This document shows, in pieces, positions 24,502 to 34,916 of a stretch of DNA of 35,784 bases (its first letter is position 1; every line of letters begins with the position of its first letter). Location of the stretch: positions 26,029 through 61,812 of the forward strand of contig MGWD01000065.1 of assembly GCA_001800825.1 (NCBI GenBank). Direction: 5' to 3'. This DNA comes from Euryarchaeota archaeon RBG_19FT_COMBO_69_17 (GTDB taxonomy: Archaea; Thermoplasmatota; Thermoplasmata; RBG-16-68-12). The notes under the pieces are model-generated. The model was not told the origin of the DNA and ran no database searches. It worked only from the letters and a program-made list of their open reading frames with translations. Both the position numbers and the translations under genes were made by a program.

Positions 24502-26424
24502 TCATCGACGATCGCGAAGGACCGCGTCCCACGAGGCATGCCGGTCCACGCTCAAGCCCCGCGCGCGCCTGCGCGCTCGACGGGTCGCGACGATTGCCAC
24601 GGTGAAGGCGACGAGGGCCACGGTCGCGACGGCCCCGAGGGAGGCCCAATCGATCGACGGGCCAACCGCGACGGCCCAGACGCGCACGTCGCGGGTGGTG
24701 ATGTCCGTCGACCCCGCGGGGTCCCGCACCTCGAGGCGGACCGCATACGTCCCCTCCGTCGCGAACCGATGCCCTGCCGTCCGCTCCCTCGACCAGATCG
24801 TGTCCCACACGCCGTCGGACTCCCAGTCCCAGCGGACCTCGATCCCTTCCAGGTCCCCGTCCGGGTCCTCCGAGCCGGACGCGTCGAAGCGGAACGCGGT
24901 CAGGAGGTTCCCCTGGGCCGGCGCGACAAGGAACGCGGCGACGGGCGGCTGGTTGAGCGGCAGGCGTCGCTCGACCTGCACGGACGCGAGGTCCGAGCCG
25001 TGCCCCATCCGGTCCCAGGCCCTCGCCTCGATCCGGTTCGTCCCGAGGGACACATCGACGGTCGCGGACCAGCTCAGGGTCCCCGTCGCGAGCTGCCAAG
25101 GACCGTCGTTCGACCGGACCTCCACGCGGGCGACCTCGCCCACGGGGTCCGACGAGGTCCCGGAGGTCCGGACGGAGGACGCCGTCACGACGGCGCCGTC
25201 CGCGGGCTCGACGATCGCGACCTCGGGCGGGTACGTGTCGACCTCGGCGCGGACGAGGGGATACGGGTCCGAGTCGTCCCCGTCGATCGGGTACGGGGTG
25301 TCGCCGATCCCGTCCGGGCCCGGGCAACTGGACTGGTAAGGGCCCCAGCACGCGTCGACCCCCAGGTAGTCGGACCAATAGTTGCCGCCCTCGGGGTATC
25401 CCGCGTGCCACACGATCCGAGCCCCGTGCTCGGCGACGGCCTGCTGCCCGTTGTCGACGAGCGAGTTTTCGACCACCGCGACGTCCCGGGATTCCTGGAG
25501 GAGGAGGCCATAGAAGTTCCCGACGACCTCGTTCGCGGATAGGGTCGCGTTCGACGTGTCGAATAGGAAGATCCCGAACCCGTTCGCGTCGAGGCGATTC
25601 TCTTCGACGGCGACCATCCCCGACTTCAGGAGCCCGACGCCCGTCTCTACGTTGCTCCACGCGCGGTTCCCGGAGACCGTCACATTGGAGGACTCGAACA
25701 GGTAGATCCCGTATACGTCCTGGGTCACGTTGTTCCCCGTCACCGCGACGTCCCGCGAGCCGTGGAGGTAGATCCCCGCCTCCGTCGAGGAGGCGACGTC
25801 GTTCCCCGTGACGACGGCGCCCTGGGTCGCGTACACCCACGTGCCAATCGCATTGCCAACGAGCCGGTTCCCGAGGATGGACACCTGGGAGCCCCGGAGC
25901 ACGGAGATCCCGTTCCCCTGGTTCCCCTCGACCCCGCTGCGCACGACCGAGAGATCGGCCGCGCCGTCGAGGTGAATCCCGACCCGCGCCCCCGAAATCG
26001 AGAGGGCCTCCAGGCGTCCTCCCGTCGCGTTGCGGACGTAGACGCCGTCGAAGAGGGCCGACTCGGAGTCCACCCGGACGTCTCGAACGACAAAGGCGGC
26101 GTCCGTGTCCTGGATCGAGATCCCCGTGGACCACGTCGCGTCGATCGCCCAGCCCTCGATGACGTACGGGTCCTCGGCGGTCCCGGACCCTCCGACGACC
26201 CCGTTCTCCGCCCGGAAGCCGTCGTTCCCGCGAATCGCGATGGGTTCCCGCGCCGCGGGTTCGAGCGCGGCGGCCGACGGCGTCCCCGCTGCCATCGCGC
26301 CGAGGAGGACCAGCGCGAGGACGACCGAGGTTCCTACCGTGGTGTGCACGCCGGGCTCCGGGGGGTCGGCGCGAGCAGCATCTCTCCGGGCCTCCGCCGC
26401 CCCCGTAGGGTCGCCATCGCCCAC
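24502..26424 (-). CDS. Cell-surface protein: NosD/CASH right-handed beta-helix, Ig-like and PKD domains, C-terminal TM anchor (GTG 26349 is an alternative start)
   Basis: Signal-like VVLALVLLGAMAAG, GSGTAEDPYVIEGW, repeated GIYL..S.N..V.GN units, GGNYWSDY...DGIGDTPY, PKD FDASGS.DPDG...WDWE.DG, then a TM helix and basic tail. Confidence 0.85.
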   Translation of the reverse strand: MGDGDPTGAAEARRDAARADPPEPGVHTTVGTSVVLALVLLGAMAAGTPSAAALEPAAREPIAIRGNDGFRAENGVVGGSGTAEDPYVIEGWAIDATWSTGISIQDTDAAFVVRDVRVDSESALFDGVYVRNATGGRLEALSISGARVGIHLDGAADLSVVRSGVEGNQGNGISVLRGSQVSILGNRLVGNAIGTWVYATQGAVVTGNDVASSTEAGIYLHGSRDVAVTGNNVTQDVYGIYLFESSNVTVSGNRAWSNVETGVGLLKSGMVAVEENRLDANGFGIFLFDTSNATLSANEVVGNFYGLLLQESRDVAVVENSLVDNGQQAVAEHGARIVWHAGYPEGGNYWSDYLGVDACWGPYQSSCPGPDGIGDTPYPIDGDDSDPYPLVRAEVDTYPPEVAIVEPADGAVVTASSVRTSGTSSDPVGEVARVEVRSNDGPWQLATGTLSWSATVDVSLGTNRIEARAWDRMGHGSDLASVQVERRLPLNQPPVAAFLVAPAQGNLLTAFRFDASGSEDPDGDLEGIEVRWDWESDGVWDTIWSRERTAGHRFATEGTYAVRLEVRDPAGSTDITTRDVRVWAVAVGPSIDWASLGAVATVALVAFTVAIVATRRARRRARGLSVDRHASWDAVLRDRR

Positions 26425-26485
26425 GGGGGTACAAACCTTTTGTGGGCGGCCCCTCGCGACCGCGCGGAGCCCGACGCCCTGGGCA

Positions 26486-27406
26486 TCACCCGGGCGCGGC
26501 GGGTTTCGGGCCGAGGGCCTTCGCGAGGGCCCGGTCCCGTTCCCACTTCTCCCGCACCCAGGCCTCGAGGGTCGCGACCTGCTCGTCCGTCATGTGGCGG
26601 AAGCGGCCCTGGGCCTTCAGGTAGTCCCGAACCGGGCTGAAGCGCGGCTCGCGCGAGATCCGGAGCACGCCGTCCTCGTACTCGAGGAGGGTGAAGATCC
26701 CCGTCTCGACCGCGAGCTTCGCGAGGTCTACCGTCTTGTCGGAGTCCGTCCTCCAGCCGATGGGGCAGGGGGACAGGACGTGGAGGTAGCGGAACCCCTT
26801 CTTCGCCTTCGCCTTCTCGAGCTTCTTCAGGAGGTCCGCGGGGAACCCGAGGCTCGCGGTCGCGACGTACGGCACGTCGTGGGCCATCATGATCCGTGGG
26901 ACGTCCTTCTTGTACTCGAGCTTGCCGCGGCCTTCCGCTTCGGGCCCGAGGGGGGTCGTCGTCGTCCATGCGCCGAACGGGGTCGTCCCGGACCGTTGGA
27001 TCCCCGTGTTCATGTACGCCTCGTTGTCGTAGCAGATGTAGAGGATGTCCTCGTTCCGCTCCGCGGCCCCGCTGAGGGCCTGCATCCCGATGTCCGCGGT
27101 CCCGCCGTCCCCCGCGAAGGCGACGACGGTCACGTCGTCCTTCCCCAGTTGCTTGAGGGCCCGCTTGATCCCGGACGCGCAGATCGCCGACGTCTCGAAG
27201 AGGACCTGGAGGCTCGGGACCTTGAACGCGTTGAACGGGTACATGTCGCTGAAGATGAGGAGGCACGAGGCCGGCATGTAGACGACTGTGTCGGGCCCGA
27301 GGACCTTCATCGCGATCCGAACCGTCATGGCGCCCCCGCATCCGGGACACGCGGTGTGGCCCGACTCGAACCAGTCCTCCTCCGGCAGCTCCTTCACCGT
27401 CGTCAT
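26486..27406 (-). CDS. porB: 2-oxoacid (pyruvate/ketoisovalerate):ferredoxin oxidoreductase beta subunit
   Basis: GHTACPGCG, TPP motif GDGGTADIG...YDNEAYMNTG.QRS and SPCP; ATGA overlap with alpha, SD GGTGA. Confidence 0.92.
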   Translation of the reverse strand: MTTVKELPEEDWFESGHTACPGCGGAMTVRIAMKVLGPDTVVYMPASCLLIFSDMYPFNAFKVPSLQVLFETSAICASGIKRALKQLGKDDVTVVAFAGDGGTADIGMQALSGAAERNEDILYICYDNEAYMNTGIQRSGTTPFGAWTTTTPLGPEAEGRGKLEYKKDVPRIMMAHDVPYVATASLGFPADLLKKLEKAKAKKGFRYLHVLSPCPIGWRTDSDKTVDLAKLAVETGIFTLLEYEDGVLRISREPRFSPVRDYLKAQGRFRHMTDEQVATLEAWVREKWERDRALAKALGPKPAAPG

Positions 27407-28614
27407 GGGCTCACCCCCCGGGTCCCGATCCACGTGACCCCGCCCGCGCGGCGGCCCCGCGCGCCCGCGGCCTGGACCTTCCGGACCATGAGCTCGACGT
27501 CCCCGTGGGTCACGTCCCGACCGCCGAGGCCCGCGAGGAACCCGAGGATGGGGACCTTGTGGCTGTCGTAGAGGGCATTCCGCGTCTCGATGTACGTCGG
27601 GCCGCCCACGCCGAAGGACACGGCCCGGTCGTACACCCCAATCGCCCGCAGGTCCTCCGTGACGTCCCGGAGGCGGTCCGCGGGGAATGGGCGGAAGTAA
27701 CGGAGTTTGATGAGGCCGATCTTCTCCCCTCGGGCCCGCATCGAATCCACGACGTCCCGGGCGGTCGAGGTCACGGTCCCGAGAGTCACGAGCCCGACCT
27801 CCGCGTCCTCGAGCCGGTACGTCTCGATCGCCCCGCCGTAGGACCGCCCGAACGCGGACCCGTACGCGCGGTCCACCTCCTCGAGGACCTCCGCGGCCCG
27901 CCGCATCCGAAGGTCCGTCTCCCAGCGGACTTCCTGGATGTACTCGGGCGGGGACGCGGCGCCGAGGACCATGGGCCGCTCCGGGTCGAGGACCGCATGG
28001 ACGGGCCTGTACCGCGGGAGGAACGCGTCCGCGGCCTCGGGGGACGGCAGCTCGACGGACTCGATCGTGTGGGACACGAGGAACGCGTCCATGCAGACCA
28101 TCGTGGGCAGCTGAACCTCGGGATGCTCGGACACCCGGTATGCCTGGAGGATCATGTCGAGGGCCTCCTGGGCGTCCTCCACGTACACCTGCATCCAGCC
28201 CGTGTCCCGTTGGGGCATCGTGTCGTTGTGCTCGACCCAGATCCCGAGAGGGGCCGCGACGGTCCGGTTCACGACGGACATGACGATGGGCAGGTGCATG
28301 GGCGGGGCCACGAAGAGGGGCTCGTGCATGAGGGATAGGCCTTGGCTCGAGGTCGCCGTGTACGTCCGGACGCCCGTCGCCTCGGCCGCGATGACGGCGG
28401 ACAGCGCGCTGTGCTCGGACTCGACCCGCATGAGCTCCGCTCGGAGCTTCCCCGCGGCGAGGAACTCCGCGAGGTGCTCGATGATCATCGTCTGGGGGGT
28501 GATCGGATACGCGGCGATCACGTCGGGGCGGGACACCATCGCGCCCCAGGCCGCCGCGTAGTCGCCCGTGACCATCCGGCGCTCCCCCACGGGGGCCGCC
28601 TTCGCCTCCGTCAT
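27403..28614 (-). CDS. porA: 2-oxoacid:ferredoxin oxidoreductase alpha subunit
   Basis: AYPITPQT, ESEHSA, TATSSQGL, VNR and FRPFP motifs; ATGA overlap with the upstream gene, SD GGAGGTG. Confidence 0.92.
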   Translation of the reverse strand: MTEAKAAPVGERRMVTGDYAAAWGAMVSRPDVIAAYPITPQTMIIEHLAEFLAAGKLRAELMRVESEHSALSAVIAAEATGVRTYTATSSQGLSLMHEPLFVAPPMHLPIVMSVVNRTVAAPLGIWVEHNDTMPQRDTGWMQVYVEDAQEALDMILQAYRVSEHPEVQLPTMVCMDAFLVSHTIESVELPSPEAADAFLPRYRPVHAVLDPERPMVLGAASPPEYIQEVRWETDLRMRRAAEVLEEVDRAYGSAFGRSYGGAIETYRLEDAEVGLVTLGTVTSTARDVVDSMRARGEKIGLIKLRYFRPFPADRLRDVTEDLRAIGVYDRAVSFGVGGPTYIETRNALYDSHKVPILGFLAGLGGRDVTHGDVELMVRKVQAAGARGRRAGGVTWIGTRGVSP

Positions 28615-29531
28615 GCCCGCACCTCCTGGACGATCTCCCGTTCCATCCGGATCGCGGCGGGGGCGCACACGGCCGCGCAGACCCCGCAGCCCTTGCAATA
28701 GTCGAGGCCGATCGAGACGGCCTTCGCCCCGCGCTCGATAGAGCCGTCGGGGCAGTAGAACCAGCAGAGGAGGCAGTTCGTGCACTTCGACTCGTCGAGG
28801 ATGGGGCGGGAGACCCGCCACCCGCCCGTGCGGTTCGTCGCGGAGCTCCCAGGGCCGACGAGTCCAAAGGGCGTCTCCATGAGGGGCGTCGCGAGCCCCG
28901 GCGGGAGCTCCTGGGCCGTCGGGAGCCACTTCGAGGCCTTCGGGTACAACCGGCCTCCGTCCGCCTGGCCGATCTGGGTCGCCTCGAACGCGGCCCGCGC
29001 GGCCTCGAGGTTCGTCTCCGCGACCTTCTTGCCGAGCCGCCGCCCGACGACCTCCTGGATCCCGACCTCGATGTCCTCCATCCGCACGAGGCCCGTCGCG
29101 CGGGCGAAGGCGCCGAGCATCGCCGTGTTGACGGTCGGGTGACGGGTGTGCTGGAGTGCGATCGACGTCGCGTCGACCGTCGCGGCCCGGGCCGTCTTGG
29201 AGAGGAGGAGGGCGTCCGGCGCGCGGGTCGTGTTCACGATGACCATGCCACCGGGCCGGAGGCCCGCGAGGACATCGACCGTCTCGATGAGGCTCTCGTC
29301 GAAGACGACGACGAAGTGGGGCTCGTAGACCTGGGTCCGGCCGCGGAGCTTCTGCTCCCCGAACCGGGCGAACGCGAGGACGGGCGCCCCGCGGCGCTCC
29401 GCCCCGAAGAACGGGAAGGCGAGGGCGGAGAACCCATTGTTGTACGCCGCGACCGCGAGGGCTTGGGCCGCCATGACGGCCCCCTGGCCACCCCGGCCGT
29501 GGATCCGCACTTCGTAGACCATCGGAACCAT
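28611..29531 (-). CDS. 2-oxoacid:ferredoxin oxidoreductase fused gamma-delta subunit
   Basis: Gamma motifs HGRGGQGAV, FGAERRGAPV and NTAMLGA, fused to delta TGGWR..RP with two 4Fe-4S motifs (CTNCLLCWFYCP, CKGCGVCAAVC). Confidence 0.9.
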   Translation of the reverse strand: MVPMVYEVRIHGRGGQGAVMAAQALAVAAYNNGFSALAFPFFGAERRGAPVLAFARFGEQKLRGRTQVYEPHFVVVFDESLIETVDVLAGLRPGGMVIVNTTRAPDALLLSKTARAATVDATSIALQHTRHPTVNTAMLGAFARATGLVRMEDIEVGIQEVVGRRLGKKVAETNLEAARAAFEATQIGQADGGRLYPKASKWLPTAQELPPGLATPLMETPFGLVGPGSSATNRTGGWRVSRPILDESKCTNCLLCWFYCPDGSIERGAKAVSIGLDYCKGCGVCAAVCAPAAIRMEREIVQEVRA

Positions 29532-29700
29532 ATCCTGTACGCCGAGAATCGCTCCTCCGTCGGACGCGGAGGTTGTCGTAAGAACCCTCGGGCCGTAACG
29601 TATTTACAATAGGACCCGAGGGGGTCCTTCAGGTCGGCCCGCCAAACCTATATGCGGACGGCGGCCTCATCGGGCCCCGCGCCCCCGGAGACCCCCCTGG

Positions 29701-31818
29701 ATGCCTCTCCATCTTGGAACGAACCCGCTGACGGGGGACCCCGTCCGCCTCCCTGAGGACGCCCTCCTCCGCCACGTGGTGATCCTCGGCGCCACGGGAT
29801 CCGGGAAGACGGTTCTCGGCAAGGCGATCCTCGAGGAGGCCGCCCGCGCGGGAGTCCCGTGCATTGCGGTCGACGCCCAGGGGGACCTCGCGTCCCTCGC
29901 CCTCGCGCCGACCCAGGAGAGCGCATCCCGGCATCCCGCCCCACCCGAGGCCGTCGACGGCTACTGGTCCCGTGCGTCCGTCGCGATCTTCACCCCGGGG
30001 AGCGGGCGGGGGACGCCCCTGGGCCTGAACCCTCTCCGGGCGCCGCCACCCTTCGCGACGGACGAGGATGCGGTCGTGTACCTTGACGCCCTCGCGGAGA
30101 GCCTCGCGGCGGGCCTCGGGTACGACACGCGGGCGGACCTCGGCGGACGCGCGAAGGACGTCGTGTACCTCGTACTCCACGACGCGTGGGCGCGGGGTCG
30201 GTGGCCCGGGGACGTGCCCGCCCTCGCGGCCCTCCTGGAGAAGGGGGGCCCCGCGCAGGCGGAGACGATCCTCACGAAGCGGGAGCGGGCGGCCCTCGTG
30301 CGCCGGGCGAAGTCGATGACGGTCGGGGCGAAGGGGCTCCTGTACACGGCGGGCCCGGCCCTCGACGTCGACGCGATGCTCGCATGGGCCCCGCCCGGGC
30401 GGACGCCCCTGAACGTCGTGTACACGGGCGGCCTCAGGAACCCCGCGGAGCGGGACCTCGTCGTGGCCACGTTGTGCAAGGAGGTCTACCGCTGGATGAC
30501 GGCAGGGCCGTCCGGGGACCTCCGCCTCCTCGTGTACATCGACGAGGTCGCTGGGCTGTGCCCGCCCCACCCGCGCAACCCACCCGCGAAACGGTTCCTC
30601 ACCCTCCTCTTCCGCCAGGCGAGAAAGTACGGGGTCGGGCTCGTCGTCGCGACGCAGAACGTGACGGACCTGGACTACAAGGCCCTCGGACAGGTCAATA
30701 CGTGGGCCCTCGGCCGACTCCTCGCGAAGCAGGACCTCGATCGCGTGCGCCACCTCGTGTCCGCGCTCCATCCCGCGGGTTCGGAGGCCGTCCTCGCGGC
30801 GGTCCCGTCCCTCCGCACGGGCCAGTTCGTCCTCCTGTCGCCGGACCACCTCGACGGCGCCCTTCGTCTCGAAGTCCGGGGCCTCGCGAGCCAGCACGTC
30901 GTCGTACCGGAGGAGCGGTTTCGGGAGGTCCAGTCGACCCACGCCCTCGCGGGCGTGGCCGTCCCCGAGGGCCCCGTTGAGCGGCGCCGGACGCGCCTTG
31001 CGACGACGGCGGCGAAGGCCGCGCGGATGGAAATCCGAGCGGACGTCGAAGAGGGGATCGGGCTCCGGGTCCTCCGGATCTTCGAGGACCTCCCGGGCCT
31101 CTTCGGGCCCGCGGACATCGTCGGGATGACGGGGACCGACGAGCGGTTCATCGGGATCCTCCTGCGTAAGATGGCGGAGGCCCGACTCCTTCGGGCGGAG
31201 CACCTCGAAGGGCGGGACGTCTACTGGGACCCCACGGTCGGGTTCGACCCCCGGCGGGGCGCGCCCGCGAAGGCCGCGTTCCTGCCCCTCCGGGTTCCCC
31301 TCGTCGAGGCGACCCGCCAGGCGAAGGACCACCTCCGGAGGCGGATCCTCGTCCTCCGGGACGAGCGGCTCGCCCGGAAGGACTTCTACTACGTGCCCCT
31401 GTGGCGCGTGGAGGCGGAGATGGCCCTGGGCCGGGGCCGGGGGCGCCTCGGAAAGACGTTCTTCGTGAACGCGGTCACCGGGGAGCTCGCCCACACGACG
31501 GGGGGCCGGCTGACGTTCGAGGAACTGCCGCGGAAGGACGCCCGGCGGCTCGAGCCCCTGGCGCCGAAGGGCCTCCTCGACTCGGGCCCGACGGCGAAGG
31601 TCGGCGACCCCGTCGTCCGAGGGAAGGTCGGGCCAGGCCAAGCCCAGGAGATCGTCCGCAAGTCGTTCGGGGCGAAGCCCGTCGCGGAGCCGCCCGAGCT
31701 CGTCCTCCTGCCCGTGTGGCGCTTCGACCTTGAGTCTCGGAGCGAGCGGAAGACGCGGCCCCTGTGGATCGACGGGACGTTCGGGACGGCCCTCCGCTCG
31801 CCGCCGGAGGGCCTCTGA
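29701..31818 (+). CDS. HerA/FtsK-superfamily ATPase (DUF87/DUF853-like) with C-terminal wHTH-like and repeated domains
   Basis: RHVVILGATGSGKT, VDAQGD, VYIDE and RQARKYGVGLVVATQ motifs; about 300-aa extra C-terminal region; TATA-like CTATATG upstream. Confidence 0.85.
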   Translation: MPLHLGTNPLTGDPVRLPEDALLRHVVILGATGSGKTVLGKAILEEAARAGVPCIAVDAQGDLASLALAPTQESASRHPAPPEAVDGYWSRASVAIFTPGSGRGTPLGLNPLRAPPPFATDEDAVVYLDALAESLAAGLGYDTRADLGGRAKDVVYLVLHDAWARGRWPGDVPALAALLEKGGPAQAETILTKRERAALVRRAKSMTVGAKGLLYTAGPALDVDAMLAWAPPGRTPLNVVYTGGLRNPAERDLVVATLCKEVYRWMTAGPSGDLRLLVYIDEVAGLCPPHPRNPPAKRFLTLLFRQARKYGVGLVVATQNVTDLDYKALGQVNTWALGRLLAKQDLDRVRHLVSALHPAGSEAVLAAVPSLRTGQFVLLSPDHLDGALRLEVRGLASQHVVVPEERFREVQSTHALAGVAVPEGPVERRRTRLATTAAKAARMEIRADVEEGIGLRVLRIFEDLPGLFGPADIVGMTGTDERFIGILLRKMAEARLLRAEHLEGRDVYWDPTVGFDPRRGAPAKAAFLPLRVPLVEATRQAKDHLRRRILVLRDERLARKDFYYVPLWRVEAEMALGRGRGRLGKTFFVNAVTGELAHTTGGRLTFEELPRKDARRLEPLAPKGLLDSGPTAKVGDPVVRGKVGPGQAQEIVRKSFGAKPVAEPPELVLLPVWRFDLESRSERKTRPLWIDGTFGTALRSPPEGL

Positions 31819-31819
31819 C

Positions 31820-32929
31820 TCACATGAGGCCGATCGGGCCCAGCTTCTCCGGGAGGTACGTGTCCGTCACGTAGTCGAGACCGTACTTCGCGAGGGCCTG
31901 TTGCTCCGCCTTCTTGTTGATCTGGAGCATCGTGTTGATCTCGTTCCGCCAGAACTCGTCGTTGAACCGGGGGTCGGAGAGCTCCGCGTTCAGCGCGCCG
32001 ACGTCCCGCGGGGTCAGGGCGTCCGTCGGGAGATCGTAGTTCAGGATGTCGCTCGCCGTGATCCCGACGAACTCGGTCGTGGGCGTCGCGAGGAACTCCG
32101 AGATGTGCGCCGTCTTGATGGCCCCGTAGGCGACGGACGCGTGGATCCGGAACGACCACGGATCCCCGTCGGTGAACACGGCGACGGGCCACTTCATCTC
32201 CTCGTTGAGCCGCTTCAGGAGGCGGCGCGTACTCCGGGACGGCTGGCCCTTGAGGTGGACGAGGACACACTTCGCATCCTCGTCGAAGCCGTTCTCCACG
32301 AGGCGGTCGAACATACCGCCGGTCTCGATTGCGAGGACGAACTTCGCGTCGCCGCCGACGAACTTGACCTTCTCCTTCTCCACGTTGTACGGGATCGTGT
32401 AGCCCGCGTCCCCGACGTCGTCCCGGCAGTTGATCCGCCGCCGCTCCCCGTTCCGGGTGATCTCCTCAATCGTGACGTTCCCGATCACGCTCGCCCCGCT
32501 CTCCTCGGGCCGGAGTTTGAAGTCCTCCCGGATGAGCTGGGTGATCACCTCCAGGTCCTCCGCGAGGAGGTTCGACTCGTCCTGGGAGTGGAACTTCGCG
32601 ATGTCCCAGCCCTCCGAGATGTAGTACATCTCCCTCAGGGTCGAGGACTTCGCCTCGTTGATCATGTCCTGGATGAACTCGAGGACGTACATCGTCCGGA
32701 GGAGCATGAGGGCCCCCTTGAGCTTCTTCGCGCTCCGGACGCCCAGGAGGTTCCCATATTTCCAGACGGCGTGCTTGGGATCGAAGCGGATGTTCCCCTT
32801 CGTGCGGAGGGGGATCTTCATCTTGGGGATCTGCCCGCCGTCGAGCTCCTCGTAGATCTCCTCCGCGATCGCGTACAGGGCCTGGACCGCCTTGTTCGAC
32901 GCGGCGGGGCCCGCCTTCTTCCTACTCAT
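31820..32929 (-). CDS. top6A: DNA topoisomerase VI subunit A
   Basis: STLREMYY (catalytic Tyr), [30 protein letters not shown] and KAEQQAL motifs. Confidence 0.97.
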   Translation of the reverse strand: MSRKKAGPAASNKAVQALYAIAEEIYEELDGGQIPKMKIPLRTKGNIRFDPKHAVWKYGNLLGVRSAKKLKGALMLLRTMYVLEFIQDMINEAKSSTLREMYYISEGWDIAKFHSQDESNLLAEDLEVITQLIREDFKLRPEESGASVIGNVTIEEITRNGERRRINCRDDVGDAGYTIPYNVEKEKVKFVGGDAKFVLAIETGGMFDRLVENGFDEDAKCVLVHLKGQPSRSTRRLLKRLNEEMKWPVAVFTDGDPWSFRIHASVAYGAIKTAHISEFLATPTTEFVGITASDILNYDLPTDALTPRDVGALNAELSDPRFNDEFWRNEINTMLQINKKAEQQALAKYGLDYVTDTYLPEKLGPIGLM

Positions 32930-34916
32930 CCTCGAGCGCCTCCTCCGTCTCGTCGTAGTCGATCTCGCCCTCTTCCTCCTCCGCGGCCGGAGCGGCCTCC
33001 TCCTCGCCTTCGAACTCGTGGTAGTTGAGCTCCCAGTCCCCGGGGAGGGGCTCCGCCCCGATCACGAGGACGGGGTTGATCCCGCTCACGTAGACCTCGG
33101 ACTCGTCGTACTCGGCCTCGTCGAGCCCGTCGATCGTGAAGGTCACGGAGCCCTTCGCAACGCTGTCGATCCGCTTGAGCTCCCAGGTGATCTTCCCGTC
33201 CTCGCGGACCTCGGAGGGCTTCGGGTCCATCGAGCTCGTGGAGACCCCGCGGGGCAGGAGGACGTGGAGGTTCAGCTTCTTGCCCGCGGACGTGAAGTTG
33301 TGGACGTTGAGGGTCACCGTGTGCCGCTTCGCCTTCTTGTCGTACGCGATGAGCTCGTCGACCCAGACGACGCCCATGATCTTCGTGATCGTCGAATCGA
33401 GGACGGGCACCTTCTTCCCGACGATCTTCGCGGACTTCTCTGCGATCCGGGGGAGGATGAGCTGGACGATGTCGAACTTCTCCTTCGTCTTCGCCCGGTG
33501 GGCCTTCTTCGTGAGGTGGGTCTTGAGCCGCCGGCCGCATTCCTTCAGGGCAAGGTCGAGCTCCGTCATGATCTCGTCGACGGACGCGACGGCCTCCTTC
33601 GCCTCCGAGGTGAAGGGGACCTTCGTCGAGCACATGTGGACGAGGATGATCGCGGGACCGAAGGGGAGGCCCTGCCCGCCCCGCTGCTCCATGCCGTACC
33701 GGCGCCAGTCGACGTTCGCCACGGCCTGCGTGAGGGCGCAACCGCCCGCCTGGTACATGAGGGGGACCCGATTCGCGAACCTGAGGACCTCGACGGGCTG
33801 GTCCGGCGGCAGATCGCCCCCGAAGACGATCCCGACCTCGACCTGGAACGGGTTTCCCGCGTACACGGACGGATCGCGGGTGAGAGGCGGCGCGTAGAAC
33901 TCGGGCCGCAGGTTGCCCAGGACGTTCTTGAGGCCCCTCTTGATGAGCCGCTCGCCGATCGGACTCAGGCAGTCCGTCGGAGGGGCCATGAGTTTAGAAG
34001 ACTGCATCGCCTCGTGGAGGGCCTTCGCCTGCTCGAGGCCGAGGGACTTCGGCTTCATGTCCGGGTCGAGGCTTGCCGCCTCGCAGATCTCCTTCGCAAC
34101 CCGGCTCGAGACCCGGACGAACTCCTCCTCGAGGAAGGTGGAGAGCTTGTAGCTCTTCGTCTCCTTCATCATCTGCATGAGCGTGCCGAGCTCGATTCCG
34201 TGCGGGTGCGGCGGGATCTCCTTCGTCTTCGGCGGGAGCTCCTCCGTCGCCCGCTCGGAGATGATCGTCTCACCGTCGGGCGATTTGTACGTGATCCGGG
34301 CGTGCGGGTTCACGATTGCCGTGGCCTTGAGATACTCCGGGATGGACTGCCGCCCGCCCACATACCGACCTTTGAGAGGGATCTCGACGCGGGTCCCGTG
34401 GACGCGCTCCCAAACGACCCGATCCTCCCGGACCTTGCTCGGCAGGTTCCTCTTCGTGTCGATGATGAGTTCGACCTGGTAGGCGACGTCGTCCTCCTCG
34501 ACCTTGGAGGTGATCTTCGTGGCCTTCCCCGTCGTCACTTGGCCGTACATCACCGCGCCGGAAATCCCAAGTCCTTGCTGCCCGCGGGACTGCCGGCGGC
34601 TGTGGAACCGCGACCCGTAGAGGAGCCGCCCGAAGACGTTTGGCACCTCCCTCTTCACGATGCCGGGGCCGTTGTCCTCGATGATGACCAGGAACTCGTC
34701 CTTGTCGACCTTCTGGACCTCGACGAGAACGTCAGGCAGGATGTCGGCATCGCTCGCGGCATCAAGACTATTGTCGAGGCCCTCTTTCACCGCAGTCAGC
34801 AAGGCCTTCGTGGGGGAGTCGTAGCCGAGGATCTGCTTGTTCCGCTCGAAGAACTCGGAGACGCTGATCTCGCGCTGCTTCTTCGCCAGCTCTTCCGCGA
34901 CGGACGTGGAGGGCAT
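32922..34916 (-). CDS. top6B: DNA topoisomerase VI subunit B
   Basis: [34 protein letters not shown]...[21 protein letters not shown] and [10 protein letters not shown] motifs; acidic tail. Confidence 0.97.
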   Translation of the reverse strand: MPSTSVAEELAKKQREISVSEFFERNKQILGYDSPTKALLTAVKEGLDNSLDAASDADILPDVLVEVQKVDKDEFLVIIEDNGPGIVKREVPNVFGRLLYGSRFHSRRQSRGQQGLGISGAVMYGQVTTGKATKITSKVEEDDVAYQVELIIDTKRNLPSKVREDRVVWERVHGTRVEIPLKGRYVGGRQSIPEYLKATAIVNPHARITYKSPDGETIISERATEELPPKTKEIPPHPHGIELGTLMQMMKETKSYKLSTFLEEEFVRVSSRVAKEICEAASLDPDMKPKSLGLEQAKALHEAMQSSKLMAPPTDCLSPIGERLIKRGLKNVLGNLRPEFYAPPLTRDPSVYAGNPFQVEVGIVFGGDLPPDQPVEVLRFANRVPLMYQAGGCALTQAVANVDWRRYGMEQRGGQGLPFGPAIILVHMCSTKVPFTSEAKEAVASVDEIMTELDLALKECGRRLKTHLTKKAHRAKTKEKFDIVQLILPRIAEKSAKIVGKKVPVLDSTITKIMGVVWVDELIAYDKKAKRHTVTLNVHNFTSAGKKLNLHVLLPRGVSTSSMDPKPSEVREDGKITWELKRIDSVAKGSVTFTIDGLDEAEYDESEVYVSGINPVLVIGAEPLPGDWELNYHEFEGEEEAAPAAEEEEGEIDYDETEEALEDE

